Shown: positions 28,721-41,695, counted from the first letter of the stretch. The stretch is 64,000 nucleotides of DNA from a bacterium (GCA_963674965.2 CAXXFL010000006.1:1-64000); one strand, 5' to 3'. A program made the numbers and translations. Notes: generated by a model not told the origin, from the sequence alone.

Positions 28721-31102
28721 TCAGGGCATCATCTGCCCATCGATGAGCACGTCGTCGACCCAGAAGGAACCCTCGGCCCCGTTCACGCTGGCGTTTCCTC
28801 CCCTGATCCATGCCCCGACCTCATGATCGGTGGCCACGCCGTAGGAGAAGAGGTATACCGTGGCCCCGTTGCCGCCGAAGCCGGAGGTCATGTCTCCGTC
28901 TCCTCCCCTTACGTCCAGGGTTGACCTGCTCTTTATCTGGTTGGCGGCGCCGACTTCAATATAGGCCCCGTTTCCGCCGGTCCCCGCGCCCGTGGCCTTA
29001 CCGCCCCTGGCGGCGAAGGTGCCCGACAAATAAACGTCACCGTTCTGGGAGGCTATATCGATGCCCGTCGGATACCCGTTCCTGCTCCTTATACCTCCGA
29101 GCCCGGCCGAGCCGCCGTGGGCGTCCCCGCCGAGGCCGTTGCCGCCGGAAACCAGCACGTCTCCCTTGATGCCCACTCCGTTCCATCCCCAAAGCTGGGC
29201 CCATCCTCCGTGGCCGGCCTCTTGATAACCGTCTCCGCCCCTGGCGTCGATGGTACCGTTAAAGCCAAGGACCTGAAGCTCGTCGATCACGGGGGGTACG
29301 GGGCCCGAGGCCTGCGGGCCGTCATACATCATGTAAGAGGAGTAAAGCCATACCGCCCCGCCGTTGCCGCCGGGATACACGCGTCCTTTCCCTCCCCTGG
29401 CCTCGAGGTCGGCGTCGACCAGCACGCTGCCGAAAAGGTCGAGCATCCGTATAATGCCGGCGTTACCGCCAAGGGAGGCTTCGCCTCCGTTCACTGAAAT
29501 GGTATTGAAACCGATAAGCTCGACCTGGAAATCGTCGGTCATGGTAAGGGGAAGCGATTGGGCCGGTCCCGCCGGGATCGGAGACCCAAGGCCTTCGTAA
29601 CCAGCGATCATCTGTACGTAGCCGCCGTTTCCGGAGCCGCATTCGCCGGTGCAGTTTCCACCGTTGGCGTCAACCTTGCCGTAGAAAGTGATTTTGATTT
29701 TATCGTCGGCCGCCTCCGCCTTCGCGTCTTCAGCCTCGGTTATAAAATCGGGGACCGAGATTTTCTGGACGAACAAGCCGCCGCCGTTTCCGGCGCCGCA
29801 CTCGGTCACGCAGTCGCCGCCGTTAACTATCACTCTTCCCCTGTTGACCACGTCATTGGGTCCATAGCTCAGTATGCGGAACTCGCCGCCGCCGCCACCG
29901 TTGTCCTCGGCGCTTTTGCCGCCGCTTCCCTCGAAGCCGCCCGAGTTGACCACCGCGCCTCCGTAGTAGCCTTCAACTCCCGCCATCAAGTAAAAGATTC
30001 CGCCATGGCCGCCTTCGTCAAGGGCCCCCTCGCCGCCCTCGGCGTCCACGTTGCCCGAGTTGAAGCAGCCGCCCTCTATTCCCATCATGTAAAGTCCGCC
30101 GCCGCCGCCGCCATAGCCCGAGGTACCTTTTCCGCCGTTGGCGGTCACTTTGCCCTTGTTATAGGCGTGGTATTTCGACTGAATCTGGAAAAGGTTCCCT
30201 TCCCCTCCATCGTAGCCCTCGCCGCCCGTTATACTCGCCGAACCGGTGTTCGAGACAACGCCGTACTGCGATAATAACAATACTAAGCCCGCGTTTCCGC
30301 CGTCTCCTTCCCCGTCGCCGTTTCCGCCGGAGGAGTTGTAGTCGCCGCCACTGAAGAGGCCGAAATAGGCGATAATTTCCATAATTCCGCCTTGCCCGCC
30401 GTCAAGGTTCGAGTCCGCGGGGGCGTCTTCTCCCGAGGTGTCGATCATGGCCCCGCCTCCCATGAAAGCGTGAAGGCATTCGACAACCAAGCCGGCGCCG
30501 TCAAGCACCATTACCCTTCCGGGCGCGTCCAGTTCGGAATAGTAAGTAAGTCCAGTCCTGATCTTTCCCTTTACGTCTAGGTCGTAATCGAGTTGGAAAG
30601 CCACGATCGTGTTATCTTCCACGTTGGGGTTGAGGGTAAGGGTTTTGCCCTCGTTGACGCGAAGGCCGGAGGCCGCGATCCATCCCTCCTCGGTCATCTT
30701 GTAGAGGACGTCTTCCCCGTCGAGAAAGTAGACCTGTCCTACTTCCGCTTGGGAGTGATCTTCGAGCACCAATACCTCGGTATTCGAGCTAATGACGATC
30801 GGCACGGGTCCCAGGTCGGCGTTGGGGTCGTACTGGGGAAGCTCGAAAGAGTCGTCGAACTCCCTCTCTTCCACCACGTGGATGCTGTTGTAACCCTGGG
30901 ACATGATCATAACTTGGCCGCCGCTTCCGCCTTCCAGTCCTCCGGTCCCGCCGTTGACTTTCATTTTGTTGACGGCTTTCGAGTCGTTTTGACTGCCCGT
31001 CGGGTCTTCCCTGCCGCCCAGGTTCTCGAACATTTCGCACCCGCTCAAAAACAGAGCGAGAGCGAAGGCCAATGCCACGCACATGGTCTTGGTAATTTTC
31101 AT
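28721..31102 (-). CDS. Glycine-rich repeat lipoprotein, paralog 3 of 3
   Basis: Start reassigned to MKITK (ATG 31102, RBS GGGAG); lipobox LSGC; shares NLGGR, ADLG, GKTLTLNPN and the Gly repeats. Confidence 0.9.
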   Translation of the reverse strand: MKITKTMCVALAFALALFLSGCEMFENLGGREDPTGSQNDSKAVNKMKVNGGTGGLEGGSGGQVMIMSQGYNSIHVVEEREFDDSFELPQYDPNADLGPVPIVISSNTEVLVLEDHSQAEVGQVYFLDGEDVLYKMTEEGWIAASGLRVNEGKTLTLNPNVEDNTIVAFQLDYDLDVKGKIRTGLTYYSELDAPGRVMVLDGAGLVVECLHAFMGGGAMIDTSGEDAPADSNLDGGQGGIMEIIAYFGLFSGGDYNSSGGNGDGEGDGGNAGLVLLLSQYGVVSNTGSASITGGEGYDGGEGNLFQIQSKYHAYNKGKVTANGGKGTSGYGGGGGGLYMMGIEGGCFNSGNVDAEGGEGALDEGGHGGIFYLMAGVEGYYGGAVVNSGGFEGSGGKSAEDNGGGGGEFRILSYGPNDVVNRGRVIVNGGDCVTECGAGNGGGLFVQKISVPDFITEAEDAKAEAADDKIKITFYGKVDANGGNCTGECGSGNGGYVQMIAGYEGLGSPIPAGPAQSLPLTMTDDFQVELIGFNTISVNGGEASLGGNAGIIRMLDLFGSVLVDADLEARGGKGRVYPGGNGGAVWLYSSYMMYDGPQASGPVPPVIDELQVLGFNGTIDARGGDGYQEAGHGGWAQLWGWNGVGIKGDVLVSGGNGLGGDAHGGSAGLGGIRSRNGYPTGIDIASQNGDVYLSGTFAARGGKATGAGTGGNGAYIEVGAANQIKSRSTLDVRGGDGDMTSGFGGNGATVYLFSYGVATDHEVGAWIRGGNASVNGAEGSFWVDDVLIDGQMMP

Positions 31103-31278
31103 TCCATCTCTCCCTTTCTTCCTGTTCTTCCAGTCTTTGTGGCCGGCGCTCCCGGCGCCACGCTGAACCATAATCGTTATTCTCTTCCCGGGGGATAACT
31201 ACAAGTCCATCCCCCAAATGGACCAAAGTAATTACGGCCTTGATTCCCCTGTGGCCGCTCCTATTGAAAAGCGGCGCC

Positions 31279-31307
31279 ATTATACAACAAAAAAATAGCC
31301 GCGTCTA
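31279..31307 (-). promoter_or_regulatory. Putative sigma70 promoter for the Gly-rich lipoprotein genes
   Basis: Minus strand TAGACG-17 bp-TATAAT; an additional TTGACA at 31315-31320. Confidence 0.55.
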
Positions 31308-31525
31308 ATGATTATGTCAAATTCATGAGCGCCATTTCCAATCTCCATTAAACGCTGAATATTTTCCCGGCCGGATGGCGTTGATTGTTCCGCTCCGGGC
31401 ACCATTGTTCTTTTTTTAACGAATCCGAAAGCTCTTTTGTCCTTAACCTTTATTCTTCCAGTTGAAAGCCCCCATTATCGACCTTATACTAACCTCTCGA
31501 AACGGAATAAGAGGTAACCGATAAA

Positions 31526-34609
<3,084 letters not shown>

Positions 34610-34685
34610 TAGACTAAGAATTTCTTGAGCAATCCAAGATAGTTATCACTGCGCCATCCGACCGCTTGGATGGTATATTGACTAT

Positions 34686-34826
34686 TTATTCCATCTTCCC
34701 GAGGATTATCGAGACATCGTCATTCAGCGCTCCGGACTTAAGCCTTACAAGCTCAGCTAGCTTGGGAAGGGCCCGTTCAGGATCGTTTCGGCGAACAATG
34801 GAATGGATTTCCTCGAACGGATATAA
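34686..34826 (-). pseudogene. Startless gene fragment resembling the C-terminus of a PP2C/SpoIIE-type phosphatase
   Basis: Translates [46 protein letters not shown]. It has a terminal DDVSII motif, an in-frame stop shortly upstream and no start codon. Confidence 0.4.
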
Positions 34827-34916
34827 TCGCCTACCACGCTTCCCTCACCAGATATATACTAAGAGGTACTTTGACAGAGGGATAAAAAGCTGAGAACATG
34901 GAACGTAAAGGCTATT

Positions 34917-35633
34917 ATGGATTATCAAAAAGAGTTGGCCGCCTCAGTGCGTCATTTTTGGAAAACCAGGGACGCACAATCAACGCGGCAAAAGGTTATC
35001 GGCAAAAAGGATCAGGGCGCCCGTTCCGCGGTTACCGGCGGGGCACAAATGGATGGGTTCTCCCGTCTTCTCGTTAAAATAATCAAGAGCGCCGGTATCT
35101 CGGAAGAATCGATCTTTGCCAATAAGCGACTGCTCGATCTGCCTGGTTTTTTCCGACCGACCAAGGAATGGGACATTCTGGTAGTGCAGGATGGGACTCT
35201 TCTGGCCGCGATCGAAATGAAATCGCAAGTTGGACCTTCCTTTGGCAACAATTTCAACAATAGGACGGAAGAGGCAATAGGGAACGCGGTTGATTTATGG
35301 ACGGCTTATCGAGAGAAAGCTTTCAAACAAACGACGAAGCCATGGCTTGGTTATTTGTTCCTTCTGGAGGATTGTCCCGGCTCACAAAACCCCGTTAAAG
35401 TCAGGGAGCCTCATTTCGCGGTTTTTCCCGAATTCATCGACGCTTCATACACCAGGCGATATGAAATATTCTGCTCGAAGCTTCTCTTGGAAAGACATTA
35501 CGACGCGGCCGCTTTGCTGACCTCGAACCGAACGGAAGGAATCAAAGGCGGTTTTACCGAACCAAATCTGGAAATCAATTTCGAGAGCTTCGCGAATTAT
35601 CTGCGAGCCTACCTTAGCGGACGGGCAAAATGA
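34917..35633 (+). CDS. Type II restriction endonuclease, XhoI/PaeR7I family
   Basis: DQG.R.AVTGG.QMDGF, LPGFFRPTKEWD, IE.KSQVGPSFGNNFNNRTEEA.G.A.D motifs. Confidence 0.9.
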   Translation: MDYQKELAASVRHFWKTRDAQSTRQKVIGKKDQGARSAVTGGAQMDGFSRLLVKIIKSAGISEESIFANKRLLDLPGFFRPTKEWDILVVQDGTLLAAIEMKSQVGPSFGNNFNNRTEEAIGNAVDLWTAYREKAFKQTTKPWLGYLFLLEDCPGSQNPVKVREPHFAVFPEFIDASYTRRYEIFCSKLLLERHYDAAALLTSNRTEGIKGGFTEPNLEINFESFANYLRAYLSGRAK

Positions 35634-36517
35634 AAAAGAACAAAAACGATAAATTCGAGACCCGCCACCGGCTGGTGCTGGGTGACGCCCGCGATCTCTC
35701 ATTTATCGCCGACGAGTCCGTGCATCTTGTGCTGACTTCTCCTCCCTACTGGAGCCTCAAGCGCTATGAGGACCACCCGGCCCAAATGGGCCACATGGAG
35801 GATTACGAGTTTTTTCTCCAGGAACTCGCGAAGGTGTGGCAAAACGCCTTTCGCGTTCTCGTTCCAGGCGGACGCCTGGTTTGCGTGGTGGGCGACGTGT
35901 GCCTGTCCCGCCGCAAAAACGGAGGCCGCCACGTGGTCGTCCCTCTGCACGCGGACATTTGCGTCCAGTGCAGGAAAATAGGTTTCGACAACCTCAACCC
36001 GATTATCTGGCATAAAATCGCCAACGCCAATTACGAGATCAAAAGAGGGTCGTCCTTTTTGGGCAAACCCTACGAGCCAAACGCCATTATTAAAAACGAC
36101 ATCGAGTTTATCCTGATGCAGAGAAAGCCCGGCGGATACAGAAAACCCACCCAGTCGCAAAGGGACGAAAGCCGCATATCCAAAGAGGACTTCAACAAGT
36201 GGTTCCGGCAATTCTGGACAATACCGGGGGCCTCGACCAAAAACCACCCCGCGCCCTTTCCCCTCGAGTTGGCCACGCGCGTCGTGCGCATGTTCTCCTT
36301 CGTGGAGGACACCGTCCTCGATCCCTTCTCGGGTACGGGCACGACCATGAAAGCGGCGATGCTTTGCGGAAGGAACAGCATCGGCGTCGAGATCGAAAAG
36401 AAATATTTCAAGATGGCCAAAACGGAGCTCGAGAAGGAAAAGGACCATTTATTCGAGTCCAGGTCCATCGAGTACCTCTCGGCCGACCGGCTTGGCGCCG
36501 GAAACATCTCATTATAA
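35630..36517 (+). CDS. N4/N6 DNA methyltransferase, beta class (cognate of the upstream endonuclease)
   Basis: TSPPY precedes HPAPFP and VLDPFSGTGTT; ATGA overlap with the endonuclease. Confidence 0.92.
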   Translation: MKKNKNDKFETRHRLVLGDARDLSFIADESVHLVLTSPPYWSLKRYEDHPAQMGHMEDYEFFLQELAKVWQNAFRVLVPGGRLVCVVGDVCLSRRKNGGRHVVVPLHADICVQCRKIGFDNLNPIIWHKIANANYEIKRGSSFLGKPYEPNAIIKNDIEFILMQRKPGGYRKPTQSQRDESRISKEDFNKWFRQFWTIPGASTKNHPAPFPLELATRVVRMFSFVEDTVLDPFSGTGTTMKAAMLCGRNSIGVEIEKKYFKMAKTELEKEKDHLFESRSIEYLSADRLGAGNISL

Positions 36518-36675
36518 CCGCCCGGATGGCGCCCAATTTCGCGGCCCCCTCCACGTATGCTTTTACTTTCACCTGCCCCATCAAGTCGATTATTCCTTTC
36601 AAGGGCCGGGTTTGCACTTCGGAATTGACGTACTATTATATTGATGGGGAAAACCTTCTTGGAAGTTCGATTTGA

Positions 36676-37596
36676 ATGGAGCGGCAAATGGGGAAGATTA
36701 CTCGATACCTGGCATACGCCCGCGCGCCTTTTCTGACCGCGTCGGTCGTGCCCGTTTTCGTGGGCGGGGCGCTGGCTTACAAGGTGGGGGCCGATTTCAG
36801 TTGGCTCTACTTTATATTGACTCTTTCAGGCATGGTCTTCGCTCATCTGGGCATCAACCTTTTTAACGATTATCACGATTATTTGCAGGGGGCGGACCAG
36901 GGAAACCGGCGGCGAAGCCCCTTTAACGGCGGCTCTTCTCATTTGGTCGAGGGCACGGAAAAACCGGGGACCATCTTCAAGATGGCCGTTTTCAGCCTGG
37001 CGATAGCTGCGGCTATGGGCGGGGCGCTGGCCTTTCTGGTTGACGGCGGGATAGGCCCCATTTTCTGGCTGGCCCTTTTCGGCTTTTTGGGCGGGTTCTT
37101 TTACACGGCCCCTCCCCTCAAGTTCGCCTACCGGGGCGCGGGCGAGATAGCCATTTTGCTCAACTTCGGGGTCCTGCCGACGATGGGCGCCTATTACGTG
37201 CAGACGGGTTCCCTGGCCCTTGCTCCCGCCGTTGCGGGCGTGGCCATAGGTTTCGCCATTACCAACGTCTTATGGATCAACCAGTTCCCCGACCGTGACT
37301 CGGACATGGAAGCGGGCAAGAGAACTCTGGTGGTGAGGATGGGTACCAGACGAGCCAGTTACATGTACCTGGTTTTTCTGGCGGGATCGGCGTCTTTTAT
37401 CGCCCTGCCCTCTTTCTGGCCGGCATTGGGTCCATATTACGCCCTCGGCCTTCTCGGTCTGTTGCCTTCCCTGGCTGCCGCCGCAATTTTACTCCGACGT
37501 CACGGCGATCCCTCAAAGCTGGAGAAGGGCCAGGCTTTTACCATATTAGCTCACCTCGCCATGGGGGTACTTGTAACGGTGGGCATTTTAATCTAA
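36676..37596 (+). CDS. menA: UbiA-family prenyltransferase (MenA-like)
   Basis: RAPFLTAS..PV, NLFNDYHD...GAD, YTAPP..AYRG.GE, NQFPD..SD..AGKRTLVVR; multiple TMs. Confidence 0.85.
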   Translation: MERQMGKITRYLAYARAPFLTASVVPVFVGGALAYKVGADFSWLYFILTLSGMVFAHLGINLFNDYHDYLQGADQGNRRRSPFNGGSSHLVEGTEKPGTIFKMAVFSLAIAAAMGGALAFLVDGGIGPIFWLALFGFLGGFFYTAPPLKFAYRGAGEIAILLNFGVLPTMGAYYVQTGSLALAPAVAGVAIGFAITNVLWINQFPDRDSDMEAGKRTLVVRMGTRRASYMYLVFLAGSASFIALPSFWPALGPYYALGLLGLLPSLAAAAILLRRHGDPSKLEKGQAFTILAHLAMGVLVTVGILI

Positions 37597-37753
37597 GGGG
37601 AAAAAGGGGGGAAGCGGGAGCAGCCAAAACCATCGGAAAGAAACAGCATATTTCCAAAGGCTTTTTCCATAAACGATACTCCAATTAAATTGGCCGGAGA
37701 TGTAACGAAAACGACTTTTCGAGCACATAAGTATAATAAGGCGCGCTTGTTCA

Positions 37754-39982
37754 ATGAAACGATTACAATTATTTTTACAATTCAGTTTTATTTTCGGCCA
37801 GATGCGTTCCCTTTTCTCTCGCGATTCTTCAATTTGTTCTACCAATTATTACAGGCGTTGCCGCTCGTTTGAAACAAAAGGCGCTCAAGGTCTGGCGAGC
37901 GGTTCAGTGGTTTTCCCGTCCTTGGTCTTCGCGGTCATCCCGGCCATAGCCTGGGGTGGGAAAGCTCCGTTTTATCTTGAGCATCCGGGCTTTTTCTGGT
38001 CCTTCATCGGAATACTCGCCTCGCTTACGGCCGTTTTTTTCGCGCTTTACCTTAATATCAGAAGGCGCTTGCATATCGAGAGGCGTCTACTTGAAAGTGA
38101 AGGAAAGTACAGAAGGATAACGGACAACGCAAGGGACATGATCTACCGAATGTCCCTTCCCTCAGGCAAGTACGAGTATATAAGCCCGGCTTCCATTGAA
38201 ATTTCCGGATACACCCCCGAGGAGTTTTATCAAAACCCCCTGCTTATTAGAGACATCATCCATCCCGACTGGCACGATTACTTCAAAAACGCCTGGGAAG
38301 ACCTTCTTGCCGGAAAGGTCCCGGCTTCCTACGAGTATCAGGCCGTGTCTAAAAGCGGTGAAATCAAATGGTTTTACCAGCGGAACGTACTGATAATGGA
38401 AGAGGGAGAACCCGTCGCCATCGAGGGAATTGTAACGGATATTACCGCTCGCAAGAACTTCGAGGCCGCCCTCCTCGAAAGCGAGAGGAAATACAGGGAA
38501 CTGGTGGAAAACGCCAACAGCATCATCCTGCGCATGGACTCGGTTGGGACCATTAAATATATTAACGAGTTCGCCCTCGAGTTTTTCGGCTTTGAAGAAA
38601 ATGAACTGGTGGGAAAGAACGTGGTGGGAACGATAGTGCCGGAGACCGAATCGACCGGCCGCGACCTGCGGGAAATGATCCAGGGAATCGGCCTGCAACC
38701 GGAGATGTACGGGGCCAATGAAAACGAAAACATCCGCCGCAATGGGGAAAGGGTATGGGTCGCCTGGACCAACAAGGCCATTTTCGACGAGGCGGGCAAC
38801 ATAGCCCAGATACTTTGCGTCGGAAGCGATATAAGCGATATCAAGCGCCTGGAAGAAAAGCTCCGGGAATCGCAGAAAATGGAGGCCGTGGGCAGACTTG
38901 CCGGCGGAATTGCCCATGACTTCAACAACCTTTTAACGGCCATCAACGGTTACGCCGAAATGCTCACGAGCCGCCTGGACCCAAACGGACGCGCCTACCG
39001 GGAGGCGTCGGAAATATTAAAGGCGGGCGAAAAAGCGGCCGGGCTAACGGGCCAGCTCCTGGCCTTCGGCCAAAAGCAGATACTCGCGCCCAAGACCCTC
39101 GAGGTCAACCGATTCCTTGCCGACATGGAGGATAAACTGGTTAGCGCCGCCGGGCCCGGTATTGCTATCGAGTTTGAACTCTCCCCGCAAGCCGGCGCGG
39201 TCAAGGCCGATCCTTATCAGATCGAGTTGGTCATTATGAACCTGGTCAAAAACTCGGCTCGATCCATACCGGGGGAAGGCAAAATAATCATATCCTCAGG
39301 CCTCGAGAATTGGAAGCTAATCGATAATGGCGAAAGGGTTCGATCCAAGGGAGGGCCTTTCACCATGATCGCCGTCGAGGATAACGGGCCGGGCATGGAC
39401 AAGGAAACCGCGGCGAAAATATTCGAGCCCTTTTTTACCACCAAGGAGATGGGCAACGGCTCGGGTCTTGGCCTTTCCTCGGTGTACGGCATAATCGAGC
39501 AAAGCGGCGGCCACGTCATGGTCTCGAGCGAGCCGGGAAAAGGCTCCCGTTTCGAGGTGTTCCTGCCCGCTCTCTCGGTCCCGCCAACCGCGCGAGCGGT
39601 CGCGGCCGACTCCGAGGCATTAATGGGCAAGGAAACCATATTGCTTATAGAGGCTGAAGACGCGGTTCGCGAGCTTATCCGGGAAATTCTCGAGAGCAGG
39701 GGCTATAAGGTAATAACCGCGGAAGACGTGGACTCGGCCGTGCAAATTTGTTCACATGGGTCCGAGTCTATCGATCTTGTCCTGTCCGATTACAATATCG
39801 GCGGGGAGCCCGGAAAAGGAGCGGCCGAGGCGTGTCTCGAATCTTTGCCGCGGGCGAAAATCCTTTATATGTCTTGTCAGCCGCAAGCGGGAGAGAAGGC
39901 CTACGCATGGGAATGCATTGGAAAACCCTTCCATCCCGATGAACTCCTGGCCAAGGTAAGGTCGGTAATCGACGGCAAATAA
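37754..39982 (+). CDS. Hybrid sensor histidine kinase (2 PAS, HisKA, HATPase, REC); start uncertain
   Basis: QKMEAVGRLAGGIAHDFNNLL, DNGPGM, FEPFFTTK, GSGLGLS; C-terminal REC with LVLSD and KPF. Confidence 0.92.
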   Translation: MKRLQLFLQFSFIFGQMRSLFSRDSSICSTNYYRRCRSFETKGAQGLASGSVVFPSLVFAVIPAIAWGGKAPFYLEHPGFFWSFIGILASLTAVFFALYLNIRRRLHIERRLLESEGKYRRITDNARDMIYRMSLPSGKYEYISPASIEISGYTPEEFYQNPLLIRDIIHPDWHDYFKNAWEDLLAGKVPASYEYQAVSKSGEIKWFYQRNVLIMEEGEPVAIEGIVTDITARKNFEAALLESERKYRELVENANSIILRMDSVGTIKYINEFALEFFGFEENELVGKNVVGTIVPETESTGRDLREMIQGIGLQPEMYGANENENIRRNGERVWVAWTNKAIFDEAGNIAQILCVGSDISDIKRLEEKLRESQKMEAVGRLAGGIAHDFNNLLTAINGYAEMLTSRLDPNGRAYREASEILKAGEKAAGLTGQLLAFGQKQILAPKTLEVNRFLADMEDKLVSAAGPGIAIEFELSPQAGAVKADPYQIELVIMNLVKNSARSIPGEGKIIISSGLENWKLIDNGERVRSKGGPFTMIAVEDNGPGMDKETAAKIFEPFFTTKEMGNGSGLGLSSVYGIIEQSGGHVMVSSEPGKGSRFEVFLPALSVPPTARAVAADSEALMGKETILLIEAEDAVRELIREILESRGYKVITAEDVDSAVQICSHGSESIDLVLSDYNIGGEPGKGAAEACLESLPRAKILYMSCQPQAGEKAYAWECIGKPFHPDELLAKVRSVIDGK

Positions 39983-39995
39983 TTATCATCGGGGA

Positions 39996-40874
39996 GTGAT
40001 CGAATTGAGCAAGGAAAGTTATAAAGGATCGGTCGTGGTTACGGGTACATCCACCGGGATAGGAAGGTCATGCGCCCTTTACCTTTCCCGTCTGGGCTTT
40101 AAGGTGTTCGCGGCGGTCAGAAAGGAAACCGACGGCGATTCAATCAATGAGGCCTCATCGGGAAAGATAAAGCCCGTGCTGATGGACCTTCTCGATCATG
40201 AATCCATTCGCGCTGGAGCAAAGAAGGTGGAGGATGAACTGGGCGGCCAGGGTCTTTCCGGTCTGGTCAATAACGCGGGCATCGCCGTTGCCGGCCCCCT
40301 CGAGGTCCTTCCCCTGGCGAGGCTGGAGGAACAACTCAAGGTAAACGTGGTCGGCCAGGTGGCGGTGACGCAGGCGTTCCTCCCCCTTCTTCGCCGGGGC
40401 AAGGGGCGCGTGATCAATATCGGCTCGGACAACGGCAAGGCGGCCTGGCCCTATCTCGGGGCTTATTGCGCGTCCAAGCACGCCATCGAGGCCCTTTCCG
40501 ATTCCCTTCGCATGGAGCTTATGCCCTGGGGGATTAAGGTAATTCTAATCGAGCCAGGCAGCATTAAAACCGCCATCTGGGGAAAATCCAAATCCGACGC
40601 TGACGCCCTTGTAAGCGGCATGTCCGAGGAGGGTAAAAAACTTTACGGGCACGTAATCCCCATGCTTTACAAAGTATCTGATTTAATGGAGAAAACCGGG
40701 ATCGAACCCGAGAGCGTTGCCTCAGTCGCCGCCCTTGCCTTGACCTCGTCCCATCCCCGGGCCCGCTACGTTGTCGGTATTGACGCCAAGGCCCAGATAC
40801 TGGCGGCCAGGCTTATTCCCACCTGGATTAGAGACCGTTTAATAATGAAAGCCATCGATTATCTTGGAAAGTGA
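39996..40874 (+). CDS. Short-chain dehydrogenase/reductase
   Basis: TGTSTGIG, LVNNAG, YCASK, IEPG. Confidence 0.95.
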   Translation: MIELSKESYKGSVVVTGTSTGIGRSCALYLSRLGFKVFAAVRKETDGDSINEASSGKIKPVLMDLLDHESIRAGAKKVEDELGGQGLSGLVNNAGIAVAGPLEVLPLARLEEQLKVNVVGQVAVTQAFLPLLRRGKGRVINIGSDNGKAAWPYLGAYCASKHAIEALSDSLRMELMPWGIKVILIEPGSIKTAIWGKSKSDADALVSGMSEEGKKLYGHVIPMLYKVSDLMEKTGIEPESVASVAALALTSSHPRARYVVGIDAKAQILAARLIPTWIRDRLIMKAIDYLGK

Positions 40875-41010
40875 AAGAAAACGAGCGGAGAATCGTCTAT
40901 TATTTAAGTTTAATTTTCAGGGTATTAAAGTATATTTCGCCATTTTCTCCCCCTCACTTATTTCTGACTGAACCCTCTTAATAGTTTTATTAGAAAATAT
41001 TAATTTTCAC

Positions 41011-41039
41011 TTGACAAACACAATATCTGGTGCTAACCT
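41011..41039 (+). promoter_or_regulatory. Sigma70 promoter of the cold-shock gene (long leader)
   Basis: TTGACA-17 bp (ending TGC)-TAACCT preceded by an AT-rich UP-like tract. Confidence 0.7.
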
Positions 41040-41194
41040 TACCATATAAGCTGGAGCATAATTGGAACTCATTGGCTTTTAGACAGGTATATTGTTGGTT
41101 AGTAAGGTGTTTTTCGAAGATTAAGATTTGATTAGAGGGAAAAGAAACGCCCGCGGAGGAAGACGAATCTCTTGAGACGAAAGGAGTAAAAAAA

Positions 41195-41395
41195 ATGTTG
41201 GAAGGATTTGTTAAATGGTTCAATGACTCGAAAGGGTTCGGTTTCATTGAGCAGGACACGGGGGAAGATATCTTTGTGCACTTCTCGGCCATCGAGGGAG
41301 AAGGCTATAAGTCTTTAAACGACGGTCAGAAAGTAGAATTCGAGTACATAGACACGCCCAAGGGACTTCAGGCGACCAAGGTGGCGAAAATATAG
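41195..41395 (+). CDS. cspA: Cold-shock protein (CspA family)
   Basis: [22 protein letters not shown]; 66 aa; RBS AAGGAG. Confidence 0.97.
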   Translation: MLEGFVKWFNDSKGFGFIEQDTGEDIFVHFSAIEGEGYKSLNDGQKVEFEYIDTPKGLQATKVAKI

Positions 41396-41430
41396 TCTCA
41401 CGACTGAACTATCAACAAAACCCTCAAACC

Positions 41431-41461
41431 TCCGGGCCCAGGTGCGGCCCGGAATTTTTTT
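41431..41461 (+). terminator. Rho-independent terminator of the csp gene
   Basis: TCCGGGCC-caggtgc-GGCCCGGA then a T run. Confidence 0.8.
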
Positions 41462-41473
41462 CTCTATAATTAT

Positions 41474-41659
41474 AAGCTTCTTGCAAAGGTCCTTTTCTTG
41501 GCGGCATAGCCGCTTTGGAGTGCGGTCGCTTGAGACCGCTTTCGATGGCCTTGGCTTGACAAGGCCTATTAATACACCGGCTTGCCTCGCGTCAAGCCGC
41601 TCGGAAGAAAAGCGGCGTCGAGCCGCTGCACTCCAAAGCGGGAATTTTGCAAGAGGCTC
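41474..41659 (-). mobile_element. MITE copy 2 (inverted)
   Basis: Reverse complement of copies 1 and 3; ends AAGCTTCTTGCAAAGGTCC / GGAATTTTGCAAGAGGCTC; flanked by direct repeat ATTAT. Confidence 0.85.
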
Positions 41660-41695
41660 ATTATTTCTATTATTTTGAAATTCAAGAAAAACGCG

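Noticed and set aside
23457-31102. Recurrent GCCGCCG motifs as a CRISPR array or DNA tandem repeat
   Set aside because: They are Gly codons in coding sequence; there is no constant repeat-spacer period and no cas genes.
36408-36687. Minus-strand ORFs between the methyltransferase and menA
   Set aside because: They overlap the MTase and show no recognisable family; a gene relic is possible but unsupported.
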